Positions 63,623 through 64,000 of a stretch of 64,000 nt of DNA are shown here, in pieces; position 1 is the stretch's first letter; each line of letters opens with the position of its first letter. This DNA is from Octopus vulgaris (taxonomy: Eukaryota): positions 60,202,001-60,266,000 of the forward strand of contig OX597822.1 in NCBI GenBank assembly GCA_951406725.2. The letters run 5' to 3'. The notes below the pieces were generated by a model that saw nothing but the letters and a program-made list of their open reading frames with translations, made no database searches and was not told where the DNA came from. The translations under genes and the position numbers were made by a program.

Positions 63623-63866
63623 GTTCATCACTAACTCGAGAATTACCCAACCGATTTCATTCAAATTTTACGTAAACCTTACTTAGGGTCCATGCAGTGT
63701 CATCGGCTAAAAACATTTTCATCTTCTTGCTTCTGTCCGGAGCAATTTGTTATCTCTTACAATGTTTCAGTTTTACGAGTCAAAAGTGAAACAATAACAT
63801 CACTATTAATATTTTGACTATTATATGGTTTCAATTTCAATTACTTTCATTATGTATCTGTATATA

Positions 63867-63870
<4 letters not shown>
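63578..63870 (+). mobile_element. Helitron/HINE-like non-autonomous element, 5' part
   Basis: atataaaactgag, (TGTC)n and ccgatttcattcaaattt, like the start of 15797. Confidence 0.5.
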
Positions 63871-63902
<32 letters not shown>

Positions 63903-64000
63903 TGTATGTATGTATGTATGTATGTATGCATGCATGCATGTATGTATGTATGTATGTATGTATGTATGTATGTATGTATGTATGTATGTATGTATGTATG

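Overview
This is AT-rich, repeat-dense eukaryotic DNA. The SINE, LINE and microsatellite content looks like a cephalopod (Octopus) genome, which is an inference. The one host gene is on the + strand: 16 GT-AG coding exons (1116-44052) that I spliced by hand into one open frame of 556 aa plus stop. It matches the central and C-terminal part of HEATR3 (the Syo1/symportin-1 orthologue), and its 5' exons lie upstream of the window. Most of the rest is transposable elements: four SINE-like families, a nearly intact CR1/L2-group LINE ORF2, other LINE and RTE fragments, mariner remnants, MITEs, Helitron relics and Penelope-like (PLE) pieces. The most notable observations are: (1) two SINE families share 3' tails with LINEs in this window, one with a compensatorily changed hairpin; (2) minimal hammerhead-ribozyme-like motifs sit in PLE-type repeats, and an ~800-bp PLE palindrome carries a tRNA-like Pol III module; (3) HEATR3 has three frame-neutral micro-exons, one starting with a recursive-splice-like AG|GTAACT; (4) nested inverted SINE pairs lie in the pre-mRNA; (5) CpG depletion stops near the gene's 3' end. 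Repeat boundaries are approximate and protein comparisons are from memory, not from searches.
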